Positions 6,410 through 14,574 of a stretch of DNA of 29,077 nt are shown here, in pieces. The translations under genes were made by a program, and so were the position numbers. The DNA is from an uncultured Lachnospiraceae bacterium. GTDB lineage: Bacteria; Bacillota; Clostridia; Oscillospirales; CAG-272. The notes under the pieces are model-generated. The model had not been told where the DNA came from and made no database searches. It saw nothing but the letters and a program-made list of their open reading frames with translations. How positions within the stretch are numbered: position 1 is the stretch's first letter; each line of letters opens with the position of its first letter. The stretch is from assembly GCA_964583425.1 (NCBI GenBank), contig CAZOWH010000001.1:1-29077 (forward strand), in the 5' to 3' direction.

Positions 6410-6933
6410 TTAAAACATTATATGTGCGGAAAGTATTTCAACCACCTGCTTTTCAAGCTCGGTAATACGTGCCTCGCTTGCAGTATCGGCGTTTTGCAAT
6501 TCGGCAATCGGCCATTGATCGTTGCAATTTCGCTGTTATGATCAGCGGCAAGGGCATCAAGCTTGCTTTGCAGCTCGGCTTTCGCCGCACCAATCGCTGT
6601 TTCATTGGCGGTAATCTTGCCGTTAATCTCGGTAACTGCCGTGTTGTAAGCAGCAGTTAAGGTGTCAAGCTCGTTCTTTGTGGCATCAGCCTTTGCGGTC
6701 AGCGTTGCCACAGCCTCGGTATGGGCGGCGGTCAGTGCATCGTTTAGTGCCTTAATGGCTGCCTCGTTTGCGGCAATTTTTTCGCCAAGTGCCGTTTCCA
6801 GTGCTTGTAACAGTGCTTCGGTATCTGCTTTGGTGTGGTAATTCTCTTCTTCCATGCATGCGGTAAAGCCTACCGTCATTGCCATGGAGAGGAGCACCAA
6901 TAAAAGGACTGTTAACATTCTTTTTGCTTTCAT
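6410..6933 (-). pseudogene. 5' part of a coiled-coil lipoprotein, frameshifted near 6510 and truncated
   Basis: RBS AAAGGAG and ATG 6933. Signal peptide with lipobox FTA-C, then an Ala-rich heptad coil. The coil continues in another frame from 6508 (IAELQNADTASEARITELEKQVVEILSAH) to a stop at 6410. Confidence 0.75.
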
Positions 6934-6990
6934 GTCTTTTTCTCCTTTTTGGGCATCAGCTTTCATACGTCGCGAGTTGCGGCAGGAGCA

Positions 6991-7019
6991 AGTGTATCAC
7001 GCGCGCGCAAATTTGTAAA
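6991..7019 (-). promoter_or_regulatory. Putative sigma-A promoter of the lipoprotein
   Basis: TTTACA-17 bp-TACACT with extended -10 TG. Confidence 0.5.
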
Positions 7020-7122
7020 GAGCTTTGATGCAAAAAAGCCCCGCGACGAAGCTTTGCCCCTCAAAGACAATATTTGAAATTTAATAGAATACGTTGCCTG
7101 TCGACAGTGTGAGAAGTAAAAA

Positions 7123-7308
7123 AGCCTTCCTCCGGGAGGAAGGTGGCACGCGATAGCGTGACGGAAGGAGCCCGCGCAACTTTGAGCTTGAAATGATTTT
7201 ACCATTTCGCACTCTCCCTCAGTCGCCTACGGCGCCAGCTCGCAATGCTTGTCTTTGACAAGCTTGCGCCCTCGGCATGCCGAGGGCAACACTCATCGGA
7301 GGGAGCCT
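7123..7308. repeat. Composite REP/REPIN- or MITE-like element with a nested palindromic insertion
   Basis: The left arm 7123-7170 is an imperfect inverted copy of the right arm 7212-7241 plus 7298-7308. The right arm is interrupted by hairpin 7242-7267 and the perfect 20 bp palindrome GCCCTCGGCATGCCGAGGGC (7268-7287). Confidence 0.65.
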
Positions 7309-7394
7309 TTCGGTTGCTCCACGCTTTCATTCCACCACTCCAAGCGGTGGTTACATTAAGACATACAAAGCACTGTATTTGCAGACACAAATGC

Positions 7395-7434
7395 AAAAAT
7401 ACGGCATACCTCTTTCGAGATATGCCGTATTTTT
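7395..7434 (-). terminator. Intrinsic terminator of rhaAD (bidirectional shape)
   Basis: AAAAATACGGCATA...TATGCCGTATTTTT. Confidence 0.75.
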
Positions 7435-7491
7435 ACAGAGCTGTTCTTTAGGGTACAAGCCTAAACGCAGGTTTTATATATTGAAAAGCAA

Positions 7492-8319
7492 TCAGTTATC
7501 AAGAAACTCCTCGCGGAGCGTCACGCCAAAGTCACGGGCAATGGCGCGCAGATTATCGTCGGTAATGGTCTGCATGATCTTACCGCCACCTGCCGACATG
7601 GCAAGGTTGTAGATCTCGGCTGCCTTTTCGATGGTGTGCATCAAGCCAAAGGTGATATCAAGATCGGGACCCGAGCAGAACAGCCCGTGGTGTGCCCAAA
7701 CAGCCGCCTCAAACTCCTCCATTTGCTTGGAGGTGGCAAGCGCAATATCCGCACCGCCCGGAACCATCCACTCTACCACGCCAACGCCACCGGGGAAAAC
7801 CACGGGGCACTCGGTAGCAGACTGCCAGAGAGCGCGCGAAAACGCCTTGGCGGTAAGGGGGGTTGTGTAGGTCATGGCAATGATGTTAGCGGGGTGTGCG
7901 TGATAGATCACGCGGCATGCGCCATTCGTCGCCTTTACGCGTACGGCGTGGTTCATAAAGTGGCTGGGGAACTCACTTGTGGGGCGCGCGCCGCCCTCAA
8001 GACCCCAAACAATGCGCCAAGCGCTTCCCTCTTTGTTGATCTCAACAATGCCAATGGAGTGTGCGGGATCGAGCACCACGTTGCGGAAAAACTTGCCGCT
8101 GCCCGTGGTAAGGAAATATTCACCGCCAAGATGCGCGGCAGACACGCCCATTTCGTTCCATTCGCGCGGCTCGTTGAAGTATGGGCGGCACAGTGCCACA
8201 TCCTCCTCACTCATGCGGTAGGTCAGGTTTCCGCCGTTGCGCTCGTGCCAGCCCTGCTCCCATCCGTCATTGCAGGCACGAATATAATCTTTTATGATCT
8301 TTACATCTAAAATACTCAT
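7492..8319 (-). CDS. rhaD: Rhamnulose-1-phosphate aldolase
   Basis: Motifs GWHERNGGN, TGSGKFFRN, PTSEFPSH, HAHP (Zn), TECPVVFP-x-G, W-x-x-HG and TIEKAAEI. Confidence 0.95.
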   Translation of the reverse strand: MSILDVKIIKDYIRACNDGWEQGWHERNGGNLTYRMSEEDVALCRPYFNEPREWNEMGVSAAHLGGEYFLTTGSGKFFRNVVLDPAHSIGIVEINKEGSAWRIVWGLEGGARPTSEFPSHFMNHAVRVKATNGACRVIYHAHPANIIAMTYTTPLTAKAFSRALWQSATECPVVFPGGVGVVEWMVPGGADIALATSKQMEEFEAAVWAHHGLFCSGPDLDITFGLMHTIEKAAEIYNLAMSAGGGKIMQTITDDNLRAIARDFGVTLREEFLDN

Positions 8320-8320
8320 G

Positions 8321-9577
8321 TCAGTTGCCTCGCTTTGCTAAAATTTCCTTTTCGTATTTGACGATCTCGGGATACCACTCTCCGTCCGCAGGCTTGCCGC
8401 AGATACGGCAGTACTCCTCCCACACCTCGCCAAAGGGATAGGTCTTAAGCTCCTCCTGCAGCACCATAAGCGCGGTGAAATCACCCTTATCCTGCAGATG
8501 CTTCATCATGTCGTTTGGCTGCAGAAGCGCAAACAGCAACGCCTTTTGCAGATTGCGGAAGCCCGTTACCCAAGCGCTGACACGGTTGATAGAGGCATCA
8601 AAATAATCCAGCGCGATAAATACGCGGTCAAGCGCATCGCAGCGCACGATCTCCTTGCAGATCTCCTTGGTCTCATCGTCAAAGAGCACCACATGGTCAG
8701 AATCCCAACGCACACCGCGCGTGACGTGAAGAGCCATGTGCTTGTCATAAGTAAGGATCGCGGAGATCTTATCGCTGACGACCTCAGTGGGATGGTAGTG
8801 ACCGTTATCCATCAAGGAGATGCAATCGTCACGACCTGCGGCATATTTGAGACACCACTCGGCAGAGCCGACAGTGTAGCTCTCTACACCGATGCCAAAC
8901 ACCTTACTCTCGGCACATGGAAAGACCTTTTCCTTATCAAAGGGCTCGGAAAGGATCTCGTCAAAGGACTGCTTGTAGCGCATGCGCGGACCAAGACGGT
9001 CTGCGGGAATATCCTTATAGCCATCCCCTGCCCAAATGTTCATAACACAGGGCTTACCGAGCTCATCTGCCAAATACTGCGAAATGCGCACAGACGCCTT
9101 TCCGTGCTCCACCCAGAAGCGGCGTGTTTCCTCGTTCGGCGAGGAGAGGGTCAAGGGATCACACATCGGGTGACTGAAAAAGGTGGGGTTGAAGTCACAG
9201 CCCATACCGCGTGCGCGGCAGAATTCCACCCATTTTGCAAAGTGCTTGGGCTCCAGCTTATCGCGATCTACCCAGCCGCCATTTTCTTCATCAAAGATCG
9301 CATAAGAAGCATGCAGATTCAACTTGACCGCGCCCGGCACCAGCGCGATCACCTTGTCAATATCCTGCATCAGCTCGGCGGGCGTGCGTGCCTTGCCGGG
9401 ATAATTACCTGTAGCTTGAATGCCACCCGAAAGCGCCTTGTCCTTTTGGTCAAAGCCGCCCACATCATCACCCTGCCAGCAATGGAGAGCCACAGGCACA
9501 TCCTTCAGCCTTGCGAGCGCCGCATCGGTATCAATGCCGAGCGCGGCATATTTTTGTTTGGCTTCCTGGTAACCCAT
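8321..9577 (-). CDS. rhaA: L-rhamnose isomerase
   Basis: Motifs LHCWQGDDV, GGIQATGNYPGKART, DFNPTFFSHP, ESKVFGIGVESYTVGS, GHYHPTE, RWDSDHVV and LDYFDASINR. Start at ATG 9577 behind GGAGG. Confidence 0.97.
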   Translation of the reverse strand: MGYQEAKQKYAALGIDTDAALARLKDVPVALHCWQGDDVGGFDQKDKALSGGIQATGNYPGKARTPAELMQDIDKVIALVPGAVKLNLHASYAIFDEENGGWVDRDKLEPKHFAKWVEFCRARGMGCDFNPTFFSHPMCDPLTLSSPNEETRRFWVEHGKASVRISQYLADELGKPCVMNIWAGDGYKDIPADRLGPRMRYKQSFDEILSEPFDKEKVFPCAESKVFGIGVESYTVGSAEWCLKYAAGRDDCISLMDNGHYHPTEVVSDKISAILTYDKHMALHVTRGVRWDSDHVVLFDDETKEICKEIVRCDALDRVFIALDYFDASINRVSAWVTGFRNLQKALLFALLQPNDMMKHLQDKGDFTALMVLQEELKTYPFGEVWEEYCRICGKPADGEWYPEIVKYEKEILAKRGN

Positions 9578-9806
9578 ATGTAAATTCCTCCGGAACATAG
9601 TTTTTACAATATCAGTTTAACACGCAAAACACCTTTTGAAAAGGTCTTTGCTTCCTCTCGAATGTGTGTTTTTTTATCCATGCTGAGATAACTTTATATG
9701 GCGAAATGCGCATGAGCTCGATTGCACAGAAAGCAGTCATTTGATGCTTTTCTACAATAATAGAACTGTGATTTTACAAAAATAGACCTTTTTTTAACAA
9801 AACCAC

Positions 9807-9835
9807 TTGAAAAAGACATTTTTTTATGATATACT
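9807..9835 (+). promoter_or_regulatory. Sigma-A promoter of the AraC regulator
   Basis: TTGAAA-17 bp-TATACT with extended -10 TG. Confidence 0.7.
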
Positions 9836-9871
9836 GTTTTCAAGCAACGACTACCAATAAGGAGGTGCGCC

Positions 9872-10846
9872 GTGAAATCTGAAATTCTCTCGCGCCTAAT
9901 GCACATCAATGATGAAGAAAGACGCATCATCGAGGGCGAGCAAAAGGTTAATAAAAAGCTCTATTCCGCCTTCACCAAGGAGTTCATCATCAATCACCAT
10001 CGCCTCATGCAGGAGGGTGAGCAAATCGCGCTCCGCCGTCATACCCGCTTTACCGATTTTCCCTCCCACGGGCACAACTATGTGGAAATGACCTATGTCT
10101 GCTCGGGCGAGGTCACACACGTGATCAAGCATCGCGAGGTAACGATGCACGCGGGCGATATGCTTCTACTCAACCGTCACACACAGCACAGCGTACGCAA
10201 AACGGGTGAGGATGATGTTGCCATCAACGTTTTGCTGGCAACCGACTGCTTCCATTCCTTTGCCTCCGTTCTCCCTGCCTCCTCTCCGCTTTCCTCTTTT
10301 ATGGCGGAAAATATTCGTTCGAACGGCGAAGCAGAATATATGCTCTTCTCTACCGAAGGCGTGCCCCCACTTGAAAATCTCTTTGAAAACCTTTGCTATG
10401 CCATGGTGGGTAATGATATTTTAAGCACCGATATTTTAAAAAGCACCGTGGCACTGATCCTGCGTCATTTTGCCGAGCTCCCCGAGTGCATGATTGCCGC
10501 AGCACGCCATCGCTCCGATTCCGAGCTACTGCAGGCGCGCATAGAGGAATATCTGCGCACCGACTTCCGCACCGCCACCCTTACCGAGCTTGCGGAAAAG
10601 CTGGGGCTCAGTGTTCCCTATCTTTCAAAGCGTGTACGTGAGTTATGCGGCATGACCTTCAGCCAGCTATTGCAGGAGGAGCGCTTCAAGGAGGCGCTGC
10701 GCCTTCTTGAGACCACTGATTTGCCTGTGGGTGATATCATCATTGCCGTGGGGTATGAGAACACCAGCTTCTTCCACAATCAATTCCGTGCTCGCTATAA
10801 CTGCTCTCCCTTCAAATGGCGCAAGGCGAAGAAAACCAATAATTGA
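9872..10846 (+). CDS. AraC-family regulator with cupin sensor domain, probable rhamnose activator
   Basis: N-terminal RHTRF-x-x-FP-x-H-x-HNYVE cupin and a C-terminal double HTH ending VGYEN-x-SFF-x-x-x-F-x-x-x-Y-x-x-SP. Divergent from rhaA. GTG start with AAGGAGG. Confidence 0.9.
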   Translation: MKSEILSRLMHINDEERRIIEGEQKVNKKLYSAFTKEFIINHHRLMQEGEQIALRRHTRFTDFPSHGHNYVEMTYVCSGEVTHVIKHREVTMHAGDMLLLNRHTQHSVRKTGEDDVAINVLLATDCFHSFASVLPASSPLSSFMAENIRSNGEAEYMLFSTEGVPPLENLFENLCYAMVGNDILSTDILKSTVALILRHFAELPECMIAAARHRSDSELLQARIEEYLRTDFRTATLTELAEKLGLSVPYLSKRVRELCGMTFSQLLQEERFKEALRLLETTDLPVGDIIIAVGYENTSFFHNQFRARYNCSPFKWRKAKKTNN

Positions 10847-10853
10847 TGTAAGC

Positions 10854-10890
10854 ATAAAAAGCAGGGGCACAAGTTGCCCCTGCTTTTTAT
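10854..10890. terminator. Bidirectional terminator
   Basis: ATAAAAAGCAGGGGCA-CAAGT-TGCCCCTGCTTTTTAT between convergent genes. Confidence 0.85.
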
Positions 10891-10894
10891 AGCT

Positions 10895-11746
10895 TTAGGA
10901 ATTACCGCAGCATCTGCCGCGACCATTGCCATTACCGTTACCGTTTGCGGTGGGCGCTACGGTATTGGGGCAAAAGGCAGAGGTCGGGAAAGGCATCTGC
11001 TTAAAGGTGCAGCAGGGATCCTCATCGGCTGCCGCGGTGCATTCCTTATCGGGCAGGCAAAATTCGGTTGCCTCCACCAAAAGCTGTCCGTCACGCACGA
11101 GACGGATCACCGAGAACAGTCCCAAGGAAATCGTAAGATGGCGGTTGTCGCCGTTCTCCTCGCCGTTCAGTGCACCGTTCAGCCCATCGGTCACAATCGA
11201 CGGAATATCACATGCGCAGCAGCAGCAATGGCAATCACACTCCTCCACGATACGCGCACCGAGCACCACAAGCGGTACCACCTCGATCACAGCCTCGGGA
11301 TTATTGTGTGCACAGCAAACAGGATCGGGCGCGGAGCAGAAATTGTCGCACGCCTTGCTGCGGAACACGCTGACATTGCTTTCGCCGCCAAAGAGCACCA
11401 CGCGCTTTTCAAGGACGGCAATACCTTCAATGGTTTGAGATTGCCCCATCGGCACACAGACCTCAAACTCGCATCTCACGTAAAATCTTGCAAGCACCGT
11501 AAAAAATCCGCTGTTAAACTGTACGGGATCGACCGAAATATTGGATGCCACGATCTCGGCACATTTCACACGAACATTTCCCGTGCGGGCAATCAATTCC
11601 TCACCCGTAGCGGTCAGGAACACGCGTACATCCTCGAAGCAATCCCTGTCGCGGCAGGCATCAAGAATACGCGAGGTCTCAATACCGAAACGCTCACCGT
11701 TATTCCCCGCGCCATTGCCGAGAGCGGAAAATCTGTTATCTCCCAT
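10895..11746 (-). CDS. Cysteine-rich protein, probable spore coat/exosporium component (CsxA/CdeC-like)
   Basis: 23 Cys in 283 aa, including CDCHCCCCAC. N-terminal IETSRILDACRDRDC recalls the I-x-x-x-[KR]-[IV]-[FL]-D motif of clostridial exosporium proteins. RBS GGAGGAGG and a mother-cell-type -10 CATAGGAT (11809-11802). Confidence 0.6.
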   Translation of the reverse strand: MGDNRFSALGNGAGNNGERFGIETSRILDACRDRDCFEDVRVFLTATGEELIARTGNVRVKCAEIVASNISVDPVQFNSGFFTVLARFYVRCEFEVCVPMGQSQTIEGIAVLEKRVVLFGGESNVSVFRSKACDNFCSAPDPVCCAHNNPEAVIEVVPLVVLGARIVEECDCHCCCCACDIPSIVTDGLNGALNGEENGDNRHLTISLGLFSVIRLVRDGQLLVEATEFCLPDKECTAAADEDPCCTFKQMPFPTSAFCPNTVAPTANGNGNGNGRGRCCGNS

Positions 11747-11832
11747 AGGAATTTGGTTCCTCCTCCAAAAGATTCAAGAGCAAATACTGCTCTTCTCTAT
11801 TATCCTATGAGAGCCTTGTCGAATTTGATAAT

Positions 11833-14103
11833 TTATTGTAAAAGAAAGTGATATACCTCGGGATACACGATATAAGAAATATCCTCGCGCACGGCAAGCC
11901 AGCGTAAAATTTCTTCATTGGGAATCAGCACCGTGCTTCCCCCTGTCGCCGCAGATGTGACGGTATCATGCGGTATGGGACCGTGGGAACCAAGGATAAA
12001 GAGATCGGCATCCACGGTCATTTCCGGCACGCCCGCGGCGCGCTTATATTCCGAAAGTGCTGCGCTTTCATAATGCAGTACGCTCTCGCCGAAAGAAAGT
12101 GTGAGGGAGCCTGCCGACTCGGTTGAGCGCTTTTGAACATATGGCGCGCTGACAGAAAGAGTGCCGCCTCCGAATACGGTTAGTGCGGTATCATAGTCGT
12201 ACACAGTTACCTCAATTTCTTCTCTCAATGCAGTATCCGTTAGTGCAAGAAAGATCTGCAGATCACTTTCATTCTGCGGCGGTGGCAGCCAAAGCGCCCG
12301 TACCGTCACACGCTCGCAAAAACGCGCGAAGGATGCCTTTTGAGCACTGTGATAATGTGTCAGCATCAAAACGTCGATTTCCGTGGCACCAGCCTCCTTT
12401 AGTAATGTCCAGCTGCTTTGCAGCTGTGCGACGCTGCCGTTTGAGAGATCACAAAGCATGGCGTCACCATTCCCCACAAGCAAAATGCCCTCGTTTTTGC
12501 CCGACGCGCGATAGATTGCGGTGATCTGTCCTGCAGTGGCATGCTGATATATCAGAAGTGCGATGGTGAAGGATACTGCAAATAGGACGATCGGCGAAAG
12601 CGCCAGCCACGCGTGCTTTTTAAGATCGAGCAACAAAAGCAAAGCACTGAGAATAAAACAGATCAGCAATATATACGGCACAAAATCATACTGCAAGGAA
12701 ACCATAACATCTGGCTTCGCCAGCACCGACGATATAAAAAGCATCAGCCTTCCCAGTAGCTCACAGGCAAGCGCAAAGGGCTTGATCGGAAACAGCAATA
12801 AAACACCGAGCCCCAGCACCAAAAAAGGCGTGGTAAGCGGAATGAGAATAATGTTGGAGAGTGGCGTTATCACTGACATCTCACCAAAGGTGATCCATTG
12901 TACGGGAAGAACAAACAATCCCGCGCAGCATGTGACAAGCAGGGATGAGAGTACCGCTCGAACGCCCCGCAACAAAAATCCGACGCGCCCCTTCCGCTTT
13001 GGCAAAATGGAAAGCAACATATGCTGTGCCCTGCCAAAGGCAAGGATACCGAAGGTTGCCAGAACTGTCATTTGGTAGGAGGTGCTGAATATCGCATACG
13101 GCTGCCAAAGCAAAATCAGTGCCGCTGCAAGACAAAGCGAGGTCAGCGGATCAGAGGTCTCCTTGCAGAAAAAGGCCAAATAAAGCATCAGGATCATCAA
13201 GACGGCACGCACGGTAGAAAGTGAACCTCCCGTGATCATCAAGTAGAGGAGCAGCAAAAGGAGTGTTGCCGCGATCCTGATTCTTTTATCTGCGCCGAAA
13301 GCCCAAAACAAACGGTCACACAGCAGCGCCAGAATACCGATGTGCAATCCGCTGAGTGCCAGCAGATGTGAAACACCCGCACGCTGAAAATCAAGCCGTG
13401 TGCTGTCGGAAAGTTCTTCTCTTGCGCCAAGGAGCATAGCATTTAAAAGCGCGCCTGCCTCACCCTTCACATGTGTTGAAACTGTTGCAACAAGGGATAG
13501 ACGCAAGCTTTCGCACCAATCACGTATCGGATGTGCGACAGTACCGGACAGGATCAGCCCCTCTGCACTTTCACTCACCAAAACAGCGCTGCAGCCCTTA
13601 GCACGATACTGATATTGCTGATTTTCATAAAAATTTTCATAGGTCAGGGGCTCGATCACAAAGCTGCCGCTGACAAGATCCCCCCGCAAAAAAGGTGTGG
13701 CATAGGAGAGCAGGAGTACAGCCTTTCCGCGTGCCTCCTCCCCGTTCAGCGCTTCAAGGTGCACGATCAGCTCGGAGGAATAGGCGTTGGTATAGCTTAC
13801 CTCCTCCACCTCAAATTTTGCCGTGACGACTGAGCCCATCAAATTGTTCAATTGCTCGCCTTGCCGTCGGTCAAGCATACTGCGCCCAAGCCCCAGTAGA
13901 AGCCCAAGGCATAAAAGCATCAAATACAACCTCGGATAAGAAAAGCCGCGCCAAAGCGAGATGACGAAAAATACAAGAAAAAGTATCGTAGCGGCTACCA
14001 GCAAAACTGCAGACCACAAAAGGCTTAAAAAATATCCCCAAGCCGCGGAAAGAATCAAAACAATACAAGCCGCTGCCAACGGGCGTTTTTTCAATATTGC
14101 CAT
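11833..14103 (-). CDS. comEC: ComEC/Rec2 DNA-uptake channel protein
   Basis: N-terminal TMs and an OB-like region, the competence-domain motif G-x-x-HLLALSGLH-x-G, S-x-x-RA-x-x-M, P-x-x-x-x-S-x-SYQ and many TMs, then a C-terminal MBL-like domain. Confidence 0.9.
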   Translation of the reverse strand: MAILKKRPLAAACIVLILSAAWGYFLSLLWSAVLLVAATILFLVFFVISLWRGFSYPRLYLMLLCLGLLLGLGRSMLDRRQGEQLNNLMGSVVTAKFEVEEVSYTNAYSSELIVHLEALNGEEARGKAVLLLSYATPFLRGDLVSGSFVIEPLTYENFYENQQYQYRAKGCSAVLVSESAEGLILSGTVAHPIRDWCESLRLSLVATVSTHVKGEAGALLNAMLLGAREELSDSTRLDFQRAGVSHLLALSGLHIGILALLCDRLFWAFGADKRIRIAATLLLLLLYLMITGGSLSTVRAVLMILMLYLAFFCKETSDPLTSLCLAAALILLWQPYAIFSTSYQMTVLATFGILAFGRAQHMLLSILPKRKGRVGFLLRGVRAVLSSLLVTCCAGLFVLPVQWITFGEMSVITPLSNIILIPLTTPFLVLGLGVLLLFPIKPFALACELLGRLMLFISSVLAKPDVMVSLQYDFVPYILLICFILSALLLLLDLKKHAWLALSPIVLFAVSFTIALLIYQHATAGQITAIYRASGKNEGILLVGNGDAMLCDLSNGSVAQLQSSWTLLKEAGATEIDVLMLTHYHSAQKASFARFCERVTVRALWLPPPQNESDLQIFLALTDTALREEIEVTVYDYDTALTVFGGGTLSVSAPYVQKRSTESAGSLTLSFGESVLHYESAALSEYKRAAGVPEMTVDADLFILGSHGPIPHDTVTSAATGGSTVLIPNEEILRWLAVREDISYIVYPEVYHFLLQ

Positions 14104-14129
14104 ATTTTCCTCCCTTCCTTGACAATTTC

Positions 14130-14158
14130 ATTATACTTTTTTTGCCGAAAAATGTCAA
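14130..14158 (-). promoter_or_regulatory. Consensus sigma-A promoter of comEC
   Basis: Exact TTGACA-17 bp-TATAAT on the minus strand. Confidence 0.8.
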
Positions 14159-14206
14159 TCATATTACGCGCCGATGTCACATTTGCCTTAATTTGCCGAA
14201 AATATC

Positions 14207-14235
14207 TTGACAAAATTCTCAACTAACTATATAAT
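14207..14235 (+). promoter_or_regulatory. Consensus sigma-A promoter of acpP
   Basis: Exact TTGACA-17 bp-TATAAT. Confidence 0.85.
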
Positions 14236-14265
14236 AAATATAATAATTTTTGGAGGACTGTTTTT

Positions 14266-14487
14266 ATGTTTGATAAAGTAAAGCAAATTCTCATTGATGA
14301 GCTGCAACTTGACGCAAGTGAGATCACGCTTGACGCAGAGCTTTCAAAGGATCTTGGCATCAACTCCATTGAGCTTGCCGATCTTGTGATGATGTGCGAG
14401 GAGCAATTCGGTATTGAGATCTCCGAGGATGCTGCCAATGAGTTTGTAACCGTCGGCGACGTCGTAAAATATTTGGAATCTCTTTAA
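14266..14487 (+). CDS. acpP: Acyl carrier protein
   Basis: 73 aa acidic protein with DLGINSIEL (phosphopantetheine Ser), EEQFGIEI and TVGDVV-x-YL. RBS GGAGG. Confidence 0.92.
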   Translation: MFDKVKQILIDELQLDASEITLDAELSKDLGINSIELADLVMMCEEQFGIEISEDAANEFVTVGDVVKYLESL

Positions 14488-14527
14488 TATAAAAGCGCCC
14501 GAGTGTAAGCTCGGGCGCTTTTATATT
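14486..14527 (+). terminator. Terminator of acpP
   Basis: AATATAAAAGCGCCCGAG-TGTAAG-CTCGGGCGCTTTTATATT. Confidence 0.85.
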
Positions 14528-14574
14528 CATAAACGGAACTTTCCTCACCTATATTTTGAGTGAGGTGAAAATTT

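Noticed and set aside
6963..7612. Several 65-111 aa ORFs
   Set aside because: Translations of the REP-like element and terminator region.
8498..9583. 361 aa plus-strand ORF, also 7636-8310
   Set aside because: Antisense shadows of rhaA and rhaD.
10874..11851. 325 aa plus-strand ORF
   Set aside because: It starts inside a terminator and is antisense to the Cys-rich gene, which has the RBS and family-like motifs.
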